58,651 nt of DNA from Chloroflexota bacterium. GTDB lineage: Bacteria > Chloroflexota > Limnocylindria > P2-11E. The notes beneath the pieces were generated by a model. It was given only the letters and a program-made list of their open reading frames with translations. It was not told the origin of the DNA and made no database searches. This document shows, piece after piece, positions 16,227 to 25,558 of this stretch. The stretch is from contig JAGWSB010000003.1 in NCBI GenBank assembly GCA_028876375.1, positions 1-58,651 on the forward strand, read 5' to 3'. The position numbers and the translations under genes were made by a program. Within the stretch, counting starts at the first letter, position 1. Each line of letters starts with the position of its first letter.

Positions 16227-18383
16227 CTAGGCGAAGGCGTAGCGCTCCCAGAGCTCGTCGACGGCATCGCGCAGGCCGCGGTGCTCCGCCCGCTCGAGAT
16301 CGGGATCGGCGGCGACGACCCGGTCCGCCTCGCCCGAAGCGTCGTCGAGGAGGCGGGGGTCGATGTCCGTGAGGTCCACGACGCGCAGCTGATCGGCGAA
16401 GCCGCTCTGCTCCTGCCCGAGGAACTGCCCCGGCCCGCGCATGCGCAGGTCGCGCTGCGCCAGCTCGAACCCGTTCAGGAGCCGATCGGTCCCGTCCTTC
16501 TCGACGCGCTCGCTCATCGCGCGCAGCCGGTCGGAGTCGCTCTGCGGGCTGACGAGGACGCAGAACGCGCGCTGTCCCGCGCGCCGCCCGACGCGGCCGC
16601 GCAGCTGGTGGAGCTGCGCCAGCCCGAAGCGCTCGGCGCCCAGGACGACCATGACCGTCGCGTTCGGGATGTCGATGCCGACCTCGATGACCGTCGTCGC
16701 GACGAGCACGTCGATCTCGCCGTCGCGGAAGCGCGACATGACCGCGTCGCGATCCTTCTGCGGCATGCGGCCGTGGACGAGCCCGACGCGCACGTCGGAC
16801 AGCGCGCCGCCGCGCAGGTCGTCGTACGTCTCGACGGCGCTCGGCTGCCACGCCTGCTCGAACAGCGTCTCCCGCTCCTCGTCGGCCGGGTCGATGCGCG
16901 GGCACACGACGAACGCCTGCTGCCCGGTGCTCACGAGGCCCTTCACCCACGGCCAGACCTTGGGGAGCGCGTCGGGGGTGCGCACCTCCGTCCGGATCTC
17001 GTTGCGGCCCGCCGGCATCTCGTCGAGGACGGAGACGTCGAGATCCCGGTTGAGCGTCTGCCACAGCGTCTGGGGGATCGGCGTCGCCGTCGTCAGCAGG
17101 ACGTGGGGGTAAGCGCCCTTCTCGCGGAGCGTCGCGCGCTGCTCGACGCCGAAGCGGTGCTGCTCGTCGACGATGGCGAGCGCGAGCCGGGCGAAGCCGA
17201 CGCCCTCCTGGATCAGCGCGTGGGTGCCCACGACGACGTCGAGCTCGCCGCGCTGCAGGCCCTCGACGATCCGCGTCCGCTCCGCGGCCGGGGTGCTCGA
17301 GCTGAGCCGGGCGACCGTCGGACCGCCGCGCGCGAAGAGCGCCTCGAGCGTCGCGTAATGCTGGTCCGCGAGGAGCTCCGTGGGCGCCATCAGCGCCGAC
17401 TGCATGCCGCAGCGCGACGCGATGCGCATGGCGAGCGCGGCGACGACCGTCTTCCCCGATCCGACGTCGCCCTCCAGCAGGCGCGACATGGGGACCGCGC
17501 GCGCGAGGTCGGCGCGGATCTGCGCCAGGGCGCGCCGCTGCGCGCCGGTGAGCGCGAAGGGCAGGTCGCCGACCCATCCGTCGAGGACGCCGTCGTCCAC
17601 CGTCAGCGGGGCCGCCTTCGCCTCGGCGATCCACCGCGCGCGCCGCTGCGCCGTGGCGAGCTGGAGGATGAGCAGCTCGTCGAAGGCGAGCCGGCGCCGG
17701 GCGCGGAACAGCTCCGGCGGCGCGTCGGGAAAGTGCACCTGCCGGAGCGCGTCGGCGATGGCCGGCAGCTCCTGGCGCTCGCGGACCTCGGGCGGGAGCG
17801 GATCGGTCACGAGCGCGAGACGCTGCGACGTCACGAGCGAAAGGAGCCAGCGCCGCAGGTAGCCCTCCTTGAGCCCCTCCGTTAGGCGGTACACCGGGAC
17901 GATGCGCGCGGTCTGCACCGCCTCGCGATCCGCCGGCTCCAGCGTGGGATTGGTGAACGAGAGGCCCTGCCCGAACCACTTCGGCTTGCCCGAGATGCGG
18001 ACGGTCTGCCCCTCCTGTACGCGCTGGCGGATGAAGGCGTTCCCGAACCAGACCGCCTTGTGCCGCGAAGGCGCGCCGCTCTCGTCCCGCAGCTCGATCT
18101 CCGTGCGCGGCGGTCCGCGCCGCCCGGGGATCGTCGCGACGTGACCGATCGTCGCGACGACCGTCTGCTCGACCTCGGGCCGCAGCGACCGCAGCGGGAC
18201 GACCTTCGAGTAGTCCTCGTACCGGAAGGGGAGGTGCCACAGCAGGTCCTCGACGGTGCGGATGCCGAGGCGATCGAGCAGCTTCGCGGAATCTTCGCCG
18301 ACGCCGCGCAGTCGCTGGACCGGCTCGGCGAGGGCCGAGCTACTCCGCCTGGACGATGTACGGGTAGTGCGGCTGACCGCCAC
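16227..18383 (-). CDS. recG: ATP-dependent DNA helicase RecG
   Basis: LLWHLPFRYED, RLLEGDVGSGKT, APTELLADQH, IVDEQHRFG, TATPIP, VHGRM, FGLAQLHQLRGRVGR; exact start uncertain. Confidence 0.96.
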   Translation of the reverse strand: MAVSRTTRTSSRRSSSALAEPVQRLRGVGEDSAKLLDRLGIRTVEDLLWHLPFRYEDYSKVVPLRSLRPEVEQTVVATIGHVATIPGRRGPPRTEIELRDESGAPSRHKAVWFGNAFIRQRVQEGQTVRISGKPKWFGQGLSFTNPTLEPADREAVQTARIVPVYRLTEGLKEGYLRRWLLSLVTSQRLALVTDPLPPEVRERQELPAIADALRQVHFPDAPPELFRARRRLAFDELLILQLATAQRRARWIAEAKAAPLTVDDGVLDGWVGDLPFALTGAQRRALAQIRADLARAVPMSRLLEGDVGSGKTVVAALAMRIASRCGMQSALMAPTELLADQHYATLEALFARGGPTVARLSSSTPAAERTRIVEGLQRGELDVVVGTHALIQEGVGFARLALAIVDEQHRFGVEQRATLREKGAYPHVLLTTATPIPQTLWQTLNRDLDVSVLDEMPAGRNEIRTEVRTPDALPKVWPWVKGLVSTGQQAFVVCPRIDPADEERETLFEQAWQPSAVETYDDLRGGALSDVRVGLVHGRMPQKDRDAVMSRFRDGEIDVLVATTVIEVGIDIPNATVMVVLGAERFGLAQLHQLRGRVGRRAGQRAFCVLVSPQSDSDRLRAMSERVEKDGTDRLLNGFELAQRDLRMRGPGQFLGQEQSGFADQLRVVDLTDIDPRLLDDASGEADRVVAADPDLERAEHRGLRDAVDELWERYAFA

Positions 18384-19938
18384 GCCGGACCTCCACCTCC
18401 GCGCCCGCGAGCTCTTCGCGCAGCCGCTCCGCCGCGCACTCGGCGTCGGCGTCGCTCACGTCCGCGCCCGTGTAGAGCGTGGCGATCCCGACGCCCTCGA
18501 GCCCGCGCACGGCCTCGGCGAGGACGTCGAGGGCGTCGCCGCCGTTGGCCACCAGGCGCCCGTCGAGGAGCGCGATGGCGTCCCCGGCGCGCACGCTCCG
18601 GCCATCGATGATCGCGTCGCGCGTCGCGTGCGTCACCTCGACGCCGTGGGCGGCCTCGGCCGCCTCCCTCATCCGCGCGCCGACCTCGTCGGCCGGACGC
18701 ATCGGATCGAAGGCGACGAGGGCGGCCATCCCCTGGGCCACGCTCTTCGTTTCGAGGACGCGCACGGTCGACACGGCCTCCTTGGCCGCCTCGCGGGCGC
18801 CCAGGATCACGTTCTTGTCGTTCGGCAGCAGCAGCACCGTGTGCGCATTCGCCTCGGCGATCGCGGCGATGAGCTCTCCCACCGACGGATTCATGCTCGC
18901 GCCGCCGCGCAGCGGCACGGCGTAGAGGGAGCGCGCGATGTCGGCGAATCCGTCGCCGGGAACGACCGCGATCGCCGCGAGCGGGCGCGGCGGCGAGCGC
19001 AGGACGATGCCCGTCGCGCGCTCGTGCTCGGCGACCATGGCGTCGAAGTCCTCGACGAGGAGGTCCTCGACGGCGCCGGCCGTTTCGCCGACGGCGATGA
19101 CCGTCTCCGGCTTCGCCGCGTGCGCGTGCACCTTGAGGAGAGCGTCGTCGCCGACGACGAGCACGCTGTCCGCGCCGGCGTCGAGCATCTCGCGACGCAG
19201 CTCCTCGGCCGGACGCCGCGGCGACGCCACGAGGTACTGCACGCAGTGCCCGCCCGTCCACGCCGCGACCCCGGAACCGGTGGCGACCGCGCCCCGCGCG
19301 CCGCGCCGCCGCAGCGTCGGCGCCGGCACCGCCGCGCGCGGATCGACCGCCTGGAGCGCTCCGACGAGGAGCAGCCAGATCCCGTAGGCCCCGGCGTCGA
19401 CGACGCCGGCGGCCTTGTTCATGGGGTTGTCCTCCATCGTCCGCGCCAGGGCGTCCGCTCCGGTCTCGACGGCGCTGCGGAGCACGACGGCGATGTCGTC
19501 CTGGGTGCCGCAGCGCTCGTGGATCTCGGCGCACAGCGAGAGCATCGTGCCGCCCGCGGGCCGGTCGACCGCGGCGAAGGCGTTGACGTGCGCGCGCGCG
19601 AACGCGTCGCGCAGCTCGGCCGGCCCGGCGGTCTGCGCCTCGGCGAAAGCCTCGGCGAACCCGCGCAGGATCTGCGACAGGATCACGCCGCTGTTCCCGC
19701 GCGCGCCCATCAGCGCGCCGCGTGCGAGGGCCGCGCTCACCTCCGCCACGGTCGTGCCCGTCGCCGCGTTCGCGCGAACGAGCGCCGCGCTGATGGTCTG
19801 ATGCATGTTGCGGCCGGTGTCGCCGTCGGGGAGCGGATAGACGTTGAGCGCATCCACCTCGGCGGAATCACGCCCCAGACGGGACGCCGCCGCCGTCACG
19901 ACGTGGAGCAGCGCGCGTCCGTCCCATCGTGCTACGAT
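18340..19938 (-). CDS. DAK2-domain fatty acid kinase subunit (FakA/YloV family)
   Basis: ALNVYPLPDGDTGRNM, GARGNSGVILSQ, GVVDAGA, LLPNDKNV, GGQPHYPY; first canonical start GTG 19899, but similarity extends to an ATC codon at 19938. Confidence 0.9.
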   Translation of the reverse strand: MVARWDGRALLHVVTAAASRLGRDSAEVDALNVYPLPDGDTGRNMHQTISAALVRANAATGTTVAEVSAALARGALMGARGNSGVILSQILRGFAEAFAEAQTAGPAELRDAFARAHVNAFAAVDRPAGGTMLSLCAEIHERCGTQDDIAVVLRSAVETGADALARTMEDNPMNKAAGVVDAGAYGIWLLLVGALQAVDPRAAVPAPTLRRRGARGAVATGSGVAAWTGGHCVQYLVASPRRPAEELRREMLDAGADSVLVVGDDALLKVHAHAAKPETVIAVGETAGAVEDLLVEDFDAMVAEHERATGIVLRSPPRPLAAIAVVPGDGFADIARSLYAVPLRGGASMNPSVGELIAAIAEANAHTVLLLPNDKNVILGAREAAKEAVSTVRVLETKSVAQGMAALVAFDPMRPADEVGARMREAAEAAHGVEVTHATRDAIIDGRSVRAGDAIALLDGRLVANGGDALDVLAEAVRGLEGVGIATLYTGADVSDADAECAAERLREELAGAEVEVRRGGQPHYPYIVQAE

Positions 19939-19986
19939 CGATGGACCCTAGCACAGCAGCATCTCCCCAAAAGGAGCACGCCCTCG

Positions 19987-20199
19987 ATGCCACGCGCCTG
20001 CGCCATCTGCGGCAAGCAAGCCGCGCACGGCTCCAACGTCAGCCACTCCAAAGTCCACACGCATCGCCGCTTCGAGGTGAACTTGCACGCCGCCGTGGTC
20101 AAGGGCCAGAAGCTCCTCATCTGCACACGCTGCCGGCGCACGCTCACCAAGGACGCGCGCCTCGCGCAGAAGAAGGCGAAGGCCGCCCGCTCCCGGTAA
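19987..20199 (+). CDS. rpmB: 50S ribosomal protein L28 (Zn-binding type)
   Basis: MPRACAICGK...GSNVSHSKVHTHRRFEVNL...ICTRC; SD AAGGAG. Confidence 0.95.
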   Translation: MPRACAICGKQAAHGSNVSHSKVHTHRRFEVNLHAAVVKGQKLLICTRCRRTLTKDARLAQKKAKAARSR

Positions 20200-20206
20200 C
20201 GGCCGT

Positions 20207-21280
20207 CTACACCGCGGCCGCCGCGCGCCCCTCCGCGACCTTCAGCTGACCGCAGCCCGCCGCGATGTCCTGCCCTTTGCTGATGCGCACCGTGGCCGCG
20301 ATGCCGTGCCGCTCGAGGATCCCCGCGAAGCGCTCCATCTTCTCCGGCGACGGCCGCGCGAAGTCGCCCGCTCCCGGGTTCACCGGGATGAGGTTCACGT
20401 GGTACATCCCCGTACGGCCGAGCCCCGCGATCTTCCGCGCGAGCCGCTCGGCGTGCGCCGCGGAGTCGTTCACGCCGGCAAGGAGGATGTATTCGAAGGT
20501 GAGCCGCCTCTTCGTGCGCTCCACGTAGCGCGCGCACGCGGCGAGAAGCTCGTCCACGTCCCACTTCCGGCCGACCGGCATGATCCGCGTTCGTGTCGCG
20601 TCGTCGGCGGCGTGGAGCGAGACGGCGAGATTGATGGGGATGCCCTCCGCCGCCAGGTCGTCCATCTTCGGGACGATCCCGCACGTCGAGACCGTGATGC
20701 GCCGCGGGCTGATCCCGAACATGTCGACGTCCGTGAGCAGGCGCACGGAAGCCATGACCGGGGCGTAGTTGCGGAGCGGCTCGCCCATCCCCATGTAATC
20801 GACGTGCGAGACGCGCGCGTCGCGTGACCTCAGCTCACGCTGCCAGAAGCGCACCTGGTCGACGATCTCGCCGGCGGTGAGGTCGCGGATCCAGCCCATC
20901 TCTCCCGTCGCGCAGAACGCGCAGGCCATGGGGCATCCGACCTGCGACGAGATGCATACCGCGTCGCGCTCGCCGTGGTGCGGCATGAGCACCGTCTCGA
21001 CGTGATGTCCGTCGTGAAGGCGGAGGAGCGCCTTGCGCGTCTCGCCGTCCGCGCTGGCGATCTCGGTCTCGAGCTCGACCGACGACCAGCGGAACGCCTC
21101 CGCGAGCTTCGAGCGCAGCGCGAGCGGGAGGTCGGTGAGACCGCTCCAGTCGGCTGCCGCCGAGCGCGCGACGCTGCGGCGGATCTGGCGCGCGCGGTAG
21201 GGCGGCTCGCCGTGCTCGGCGAGCCAGCGCGCAAGCGTCTCGTCGCTGACGTCGGTGATGGAGGGTGGCGGCGCAGTCAC
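20207..21280 (-). CDS. rlmN: Dual-specificity RNA methyltransferase RlmN
   Basis: CISSQVGCPMACAFCATG, MGMGEP, LAVSLHA, FEYILL, DIAAGCGQL. Confidence 0.95.
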   Translation of the reverse strand: MTAPPPSITDVSDETLARWLAEHGEPPYRARQIRRSVARSAAADWSGLTDLPLALRSKLAEAFRWSSVELETEIASADGETRKALLRLHDGHHVETVLMPHHGERDAVCISSQVGCPMACAFCATGEMGWIRDLTAGEIVDQVRFWQRELRSRDARVSHVDYMGMGEPLRNYAPVMASVRLLTDVDMFGISPRRITVSTCGIVPKMDDLAAEGIPINLAVSLHAADDATRTRIMPVGRKWDVDELLAACARYVERTKRRLTFEYILLAGVNDSAAHAERLARKIAGLGRTGMYHVNLIPVNPGAGDFARPSPEKMERFAGILERHGIAATVRISKGQDIAAGCGQLKVAEGRAAAAV

Positions 21281-21365
21281 GTTCTCCAGCCTACGTGACG
21301 GGTCCGACGACAAGGAGAGAGCGCGCACCGCCTACCGCTCTTCGACGACCGCGCGAGAAGGGCCG

Positions 21366-22313
21366 CTAGCTCGGGAGGCGCGCCCCCTCGAGGTCGTGTA
21401 AGCCGCGCGCCCAATCCGCCCCGCTCATCGCGCGCTTTCCCGCCGGCTTCACCTCATCGAGGCGCAGCCACCCCGCGCCGGCCGCGACGTGGGGCACGCC
21501 AGCGCGCAGCGACAAGACGCCGTGCTCCGCGGGCGGACCTCCGGCCACGCTCACGCGCAGCACGCCGATCCGCTGCCCGCGGAACGTGGTGAAGGCGCCC
21601 GGGTCCGGCGTGTAGGCCCGCACGACGCGCTCGAGCTCCTCGGCCGGACGTCCCAGGTCCAGCTCGCCGCCCTTGGGGTCCAGCTTCGGCGCCCAGGTGA
21701 CCCGCGCTGGATCCTGCGGCACAGGCGAGGCCTCTCCCCGCAGGTACGGCAGCAGCTCGCGCTCGAGCAGCCGCGCTCCGAGCTCGGCCAGCCTCGCCTC
21801 GAGCTCGCCTGTCGTCTCGGCCGCGACCGCGACCTCCGCCTGCGCGACGATCGCGCCGGCGTCGAGATCGACCGTCCCCTCCATGAGCGTCACGCCCGTC
21901 CGCGTGTCGCCGGCGAGGATCGCGTGCGCCACCGGCTCGGCCCCGCGCCACCGCGGCAGGAGCGAGGGGTGGACGTTGAGGGCGCGGCCTGTGGCGGCGT
22001 CGAGGAGGGCCTTCGGCACGAGGTTCCCGTACGCGGCCCACACGAGCGCGTGGGGCCGGAGGTCGATGGCCTCGCGCAGCGCGCCGCCGCGCAGCCGCGC
22101 CGGCTGCCGCACCGGGATGCCGAGTGCGACGGCGCGCTCCTTGACCGGCGGCGCGGTGATGCGTCCGCGGTGGCCCGGACGGTCGGGCCGCGTGACGACG
22201 CCGACGAGGTCGATCTCGCCGCGGTCGCGCAGGCGGGCGAGGGCGTCGAGCGAAGGGACGGCGAAGGCCGGAGTGCCGAGGAACACGACGCGCGGGGTAC
22301 CGCTCGCGCTTAC
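21366..22313 (-). CDS. fmt: Methionyl-tRNA formyltransferase (start codon ambiguous)
   Basis: RVVFLGTPAFA, AAYGNLVP, NVHPSLLPRWRGAEP, LDAG, EVKPAGKRAM; GTA at 22313 or GTG at 22286. Confidence 0.93.
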   Translation of the reverse strand, partial: VSASGTPRVVFLGTPAFAVPSLDALARLRDRGEIDLVGVVTRPDRPGHRGRITAPPVKERAVALGIPVRQPARLRGGALREAIDLRPHALVWAAYGNLVPKALLDAATGRALNVHPSLLPRWRGAEPVAHAILAGDTRTGVTLMEGTVDLDAGAIVAQAEVAVAAETTGELEARLAELGARLLERELLPYLRGEASPVPQDPARVTWAPKLDPKGGELDLGRPAEELERVVRAYTPDPGAFTTFRGQRIGVLRVSVAGGPPAEHGVLSLRAGVPHVAAGAGWLRLDEVKPAGKRAMSGADWARGLHDLEGARLPS

Positions 22314-22936
22314 GCCCCGACCTCTTCGGTGTCGTCGGGCTCGACCGGGTGCAGATCCTCGCGCGACTTGAGCCGGTCGACGTAGAGCTCGCCGTTCAAG
22401 TGGCCGGTCTCGTGGAGCATGCACTGCGCCCCCAGCTCGTCGCCCGCGATGGCGAAGCGCTTGGCGTTGATGTCGACCGCGCTCACGCGCGCGCCCAGCG
22501 GCCGCTCGAGCATCCCGTAGAAGCCGCGGACCGAGAGGCAACCCTCGCTCGTCTGCTCCGTCTCCTCGGAGACCTCGTCGACGACGGGGTCGATCGCAAC
22601 GATGCCCGCCTCGTCGACGTCCATGATCGCGATGCGCAGGCCGACGCCGATCTGGGGGGCCGCGATCCCGATCCCGCGCGCCGCGACCATCGAGGCGAAC
22701 ATGCGGGCGACCAGCGCTTCCAGCTCCGCCTTCGACAGCTTCGGGTGCTTGGCCGAGGTGTGCAGAACGGGATCGCCCACCTGGCGGATCTCGACGGCGT
22801 GCTCCCGCACGAAGTCCTCGGCCGACCACTTCGCGCGCCGCCCGGCGTCGATGCGCCAGGGCTTGCCCTTGGTGACACGGATGCGCGGCTCGTGCGGCTC
22901 TTCCGCCGCGTCTTCGACGTCCTCGTCGTCGGCCAT
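22310..22936 (-). CDS. def: Peptide deformylase with acidic N-terminal extension
   Basis: GIGIAAPQIG, EGCLSV, HETGHLNG. Confidence 0.92.
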   Translation of the reverse strand: MADDEDVEDAAEEPHEPRIRVTKGKPWRIDAGRRAKWSAEDFVREHAVEIRQVGDPVLHTSAKHPKLSKAELEALVARMFASMVAARGIGIAAPQIGVGLRIAIMDVDEAGIVAIDPVVDEVSEETEQTSEGCLSVRGFYGMLERPLGARVSAVDINAKRFAIAGDELGAQCMLHETGHLNGELYVDRLKSREDLHPVEPDDTEEVGA

Positions 22937-22946
22937 CGGCGACAGC

Positions 22947-24941
22947 CTAGCCGAGGAGCGTCGTCGGATCGACGTCGATGCTCCACTCCGCGCCGATCGG
23001 AACGCGGTCGAGGAGCGCATCCGGACGCGGCCCGCGCAGGACGATCTGCGCGCGGTACGTCCCGGCCTTCTTCGCGGCGAACGCGGGCGCCGGACCGAGC
23101 ACGTCGGCATCGTCACCGGCGGCGTCGCGCAATGCGCTCGCGAGCGCGTCGGCGCGGCGATCGACCGTGGCCTGCTGCTTCGCCGCCGTTTGCAGCAGGA
23201 CGAGACGGCCGAAGGGCGGATGGCCGAAGCGCTTTCGCGCCGCGAGCTCGGCCTCGGCGAACGCGTCGTAGTCGTGCGCCGCGGCCGCGCGGATCGCGTA
23301 GTGGTCGGGGAGGTACGTCTGGAGGATGCCCCTCCCGCCGGCGGCGCCGCGGCCCGACCGGCCGAGCACCTGCGTGAGCAGCTCGAAGGTGCGCTCCGCC
23401 GAGGTGTGGTCGGGGAGGTTGAGGACGGTGTCGGCGTTGACGACGCCGACGAGGGTGACGCCCGGCAGGTCGAAGCCCTTCGCGACCATCTGCGTCCCGA
23501 CGATCACCTGCGCGCGTCCCGAGCGCATGAGCTCGAACGCCGCGGCGTGCGCGCCCTTGCGTCGCACCGCGTCGCGGTCGAGCCGGAGGATGCGCGCCTC
23601 CGGCACCGCCGCGCGCACGTCGTCCTCGACGCGCTGCGTCCCCACCCCGAGCTGACGTATGCGCGCGCCGCCGCAGGAGGGGCAGCGCGCCGGCGGCGAC
23701 GCCTCGCTCCGCCCGCAGCGGTGGCAGACCATGCGGCCGTCGGCGTGCACGGCGTACGGGATCTCGCAGGCCGGACAGGGAACGACGAAGCCGCAGTCGC
23801 GGCAGAGGACGACGGTCGCGTAGCCGCGGCGGTTGAGATAGAGGATCGCCTGCTCGCCCTTCGCGACGGCCGAGGTGAGCGCGGCGCGTAGCGCGGACGA
23901 GAGGGTCGAGCGGTTGTTCGCGCGCAGCTCGAGCCGGAGGTCGACGACCGTCGTCGGCGGCAGCGGCAGCTCGCCCACCCGCTCGGGCAGGGGTAGGAGG
24001 CGGATCGCGCCCTCCCGCGCCGCGGCGTAGGTGGTGACACGAGGCGTCGCGCTGCCGAGGACGACAGCGGCGCGGCAGATCCGCCCGAGCTCGATCGCGG
24101 CGTCGACGGCGTGGTAGCGCGGGTCGCTCTCCTGCTTGTAGGACGGCTCCTGCTCCTCGTCGACGACGATGAGGCCGGGCCGCGCGAGCGGAGCGAACAG
24201 CGCGGAGCGCGAGCCGACGACGACGTCCGCCGCGCCCGCCTGCACGCGCCGCCACTCGTCGAGCCGCTCGCCCTCCGAGAGCGCGCTGTGCAGCAGCGCG
24301 ACCCGCTCGCCGAAGCGCGCGACGAACCGCGCGACGACCTGCGTCGTGAGCGCGATCTCGGGCACCAGCGCGATGACGCCGCGTCCCTGCGCAAGGACGT
24401 CCGCGGCGGCGCGCAGATACACCTCGGTCTTCCCGCTGCCCGTCACGCCGTGGAGGAGGAAGGCGCCGCCGTCCCCGGCGAGCGCGCGCGCGATCTCGCC
24501 GAGCGCCGCGCGCTGCGCCGCGGTCGCGTCGAGGTCGCGCACCGTGTCGTCCTCGGCGAGCGCGAGCTCCGCGGGGATGCGCCGCGGCCGGGCGCGGACG
24601 CGGACCGGAACGCGGGCGCGCCGCGCCAGCCCGGGCGGCACCATCGCGCGGACCGCGTCGGCGAGCGAGCAGCGGTAGTGGCGCGCGATCCAGCGAGCGA
24701 GCTCGAGCTGGTACGGCCGCAGGACCGGGACGGGCTGCGCGAGCGCCTCGACCTGCCGAAGCTCCCGGCCCGCCGACGGCGCATCGACCGCGACGACGAC
24801 CCCGGCCGCGACGCGGGGACCGAGCGCGACGCGAACGAGGTGACCGGGCTCGAGGGCCATCCCGTCGGGGACGCTGTACGTGAAGGTGCGCGCGGGTCCG
24901 CGGAGGCCGGCGAAGACGGCGACCTCCGCCGCGGAGGTCAT
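22947..24941 (-). CDS. priA: Primosomal protein N' (PriA)
   Basis: LHGVTGSGKTEVY, LVPEIALT, IVVDEEQEPSYKQ, LNRRGY, two Cys-rich zinc motifs, GTQMVAKGFD. Confidence 0.95.
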   Translation of the reverse strand: MTSAAEVAVFAGLRGPARTFTYSVPDGMALEPGHLVRVALGPRVAAGVVVAVDAPSAGRELRQVEALAQPVPVLRPYQLELARWIARHYRCSLADAVRAMVPPGLARRARVPVRVRARPRRIPAELALAEDDTVRDLDATAAQRAALGEIARALAGDGGAFLLHGVTGSGKTEVYLRAAADVLAQGRGVIALVPEIALTTQVVARFVARFGERVALLHSALSEGERLDEWRRVQAGAADVVVGSRSALFAPLARPGLIVVDEEQEPSYKQESDPRYHAVDAAIELGRICRAAVVLGSATPRVTTYAAAREGAIRLLPLPERVGELPLPPTTVVDLRLELRANNRSTLSSALRAALTSAVAKGEQAILYLNRRGYATVVLCRDCGFVVPCPACEIPYAVHADGRMVCHRCGRSEASPPARCPSCGGARIRQLGVGTQRVEDDVRAAVPEARILRLDRDAVRRKGAHAAAFELMRSGRAQVIVGTQMVAKGFDLPGVTLVGVVNADTVLNLPDHTSAERTFELLTQVLGRSGRGAAGGRGILQTYLPDHYAIRAAAAHDYDAFAEAELAARKRFGHPPFGRLVLLQTAAKQQATVDRRADALASALRDAAGDDADVLGPAPAFAAKKAGTYRAQIVLRGPRPDALLDRVPIGAEWSIDVDPTTLLG

Positions 24942-25558
24942 AGCCAGTACGTGCGCGGCCGCTCGGCCTCCTTGCGGATGATGTCCGCGACCTGCTCGAC
25001 GGTCTCGTCGAGCTTGCCGTCGGCGTTGACGACGACGTGGTCGTATTCGGGCGCGGCGGCCATCTCGATCTCGGCGTTCTTCATGCGCAGCTCGAGCGCC
25101 TCGGGCGTCTCCGTCCCGCGCGCGACGAGGCGGCGGCGCAGCGACTCGAGCGAGGGCGACTGGATGAAGATGGTGACGGCCTCCGGCAGGACGACCTTGA
25201 GCTTCCGCATCCCTTGCGGATCGGGCTTGACGACGACGATCTTGTGCTTCGACAGCGTGTCCGCGACGGCGTCGCGCCGCACGCCCTTGAACTCGCCGTG
25301 GACCATCGACCACTCGAGGAAGTTGCCCTCCTCTATCTCCTCGCGGAACTTCTGCGGCGAGTAGAAGAAGTAGTGCTTCCCGTGGACCTCGCCCGGGCGT
25401 GGCGCGCGGCTGGTGGCGGTGACGTAGACGGCGGCGTCGTCGAGCCGTTCGCACAGGCGCTCGATGACGCTGTCCTTCCCCCCGCCCGACGGCGCCGAGA
25501 CGATCACGAGCAGCCCCTTCACCGGGCGGCGCTCGCGCGGCGGATCGTCGTCCGTCAC
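24938..25558 (-). CDS. gmk: Guanylate kinase
   Basis: VSAPSGGGKDS, TSRAPRPGEVHGKHYFF, FLEWSMVHG. Confidence 0.94.
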   Translation of the reverse strand: MTDDDPPRERRPVKGLLVIVSAPSGGGKDSVIERLCERLDDAAVYVTATSRAPRPGEVHGKHYFFYSPQKFREEIEEGNFLEWSMVHGEFKGVRRDAVADTLSKHKIVVVKPDPQGMRKLKVVLPEAVTIFIQSPSLESLRRRLVARGTETPEALELRMKNAEIEMAAAPEYDHVVVNADGKLDETVEQVADIIRKEAERPRTYWL

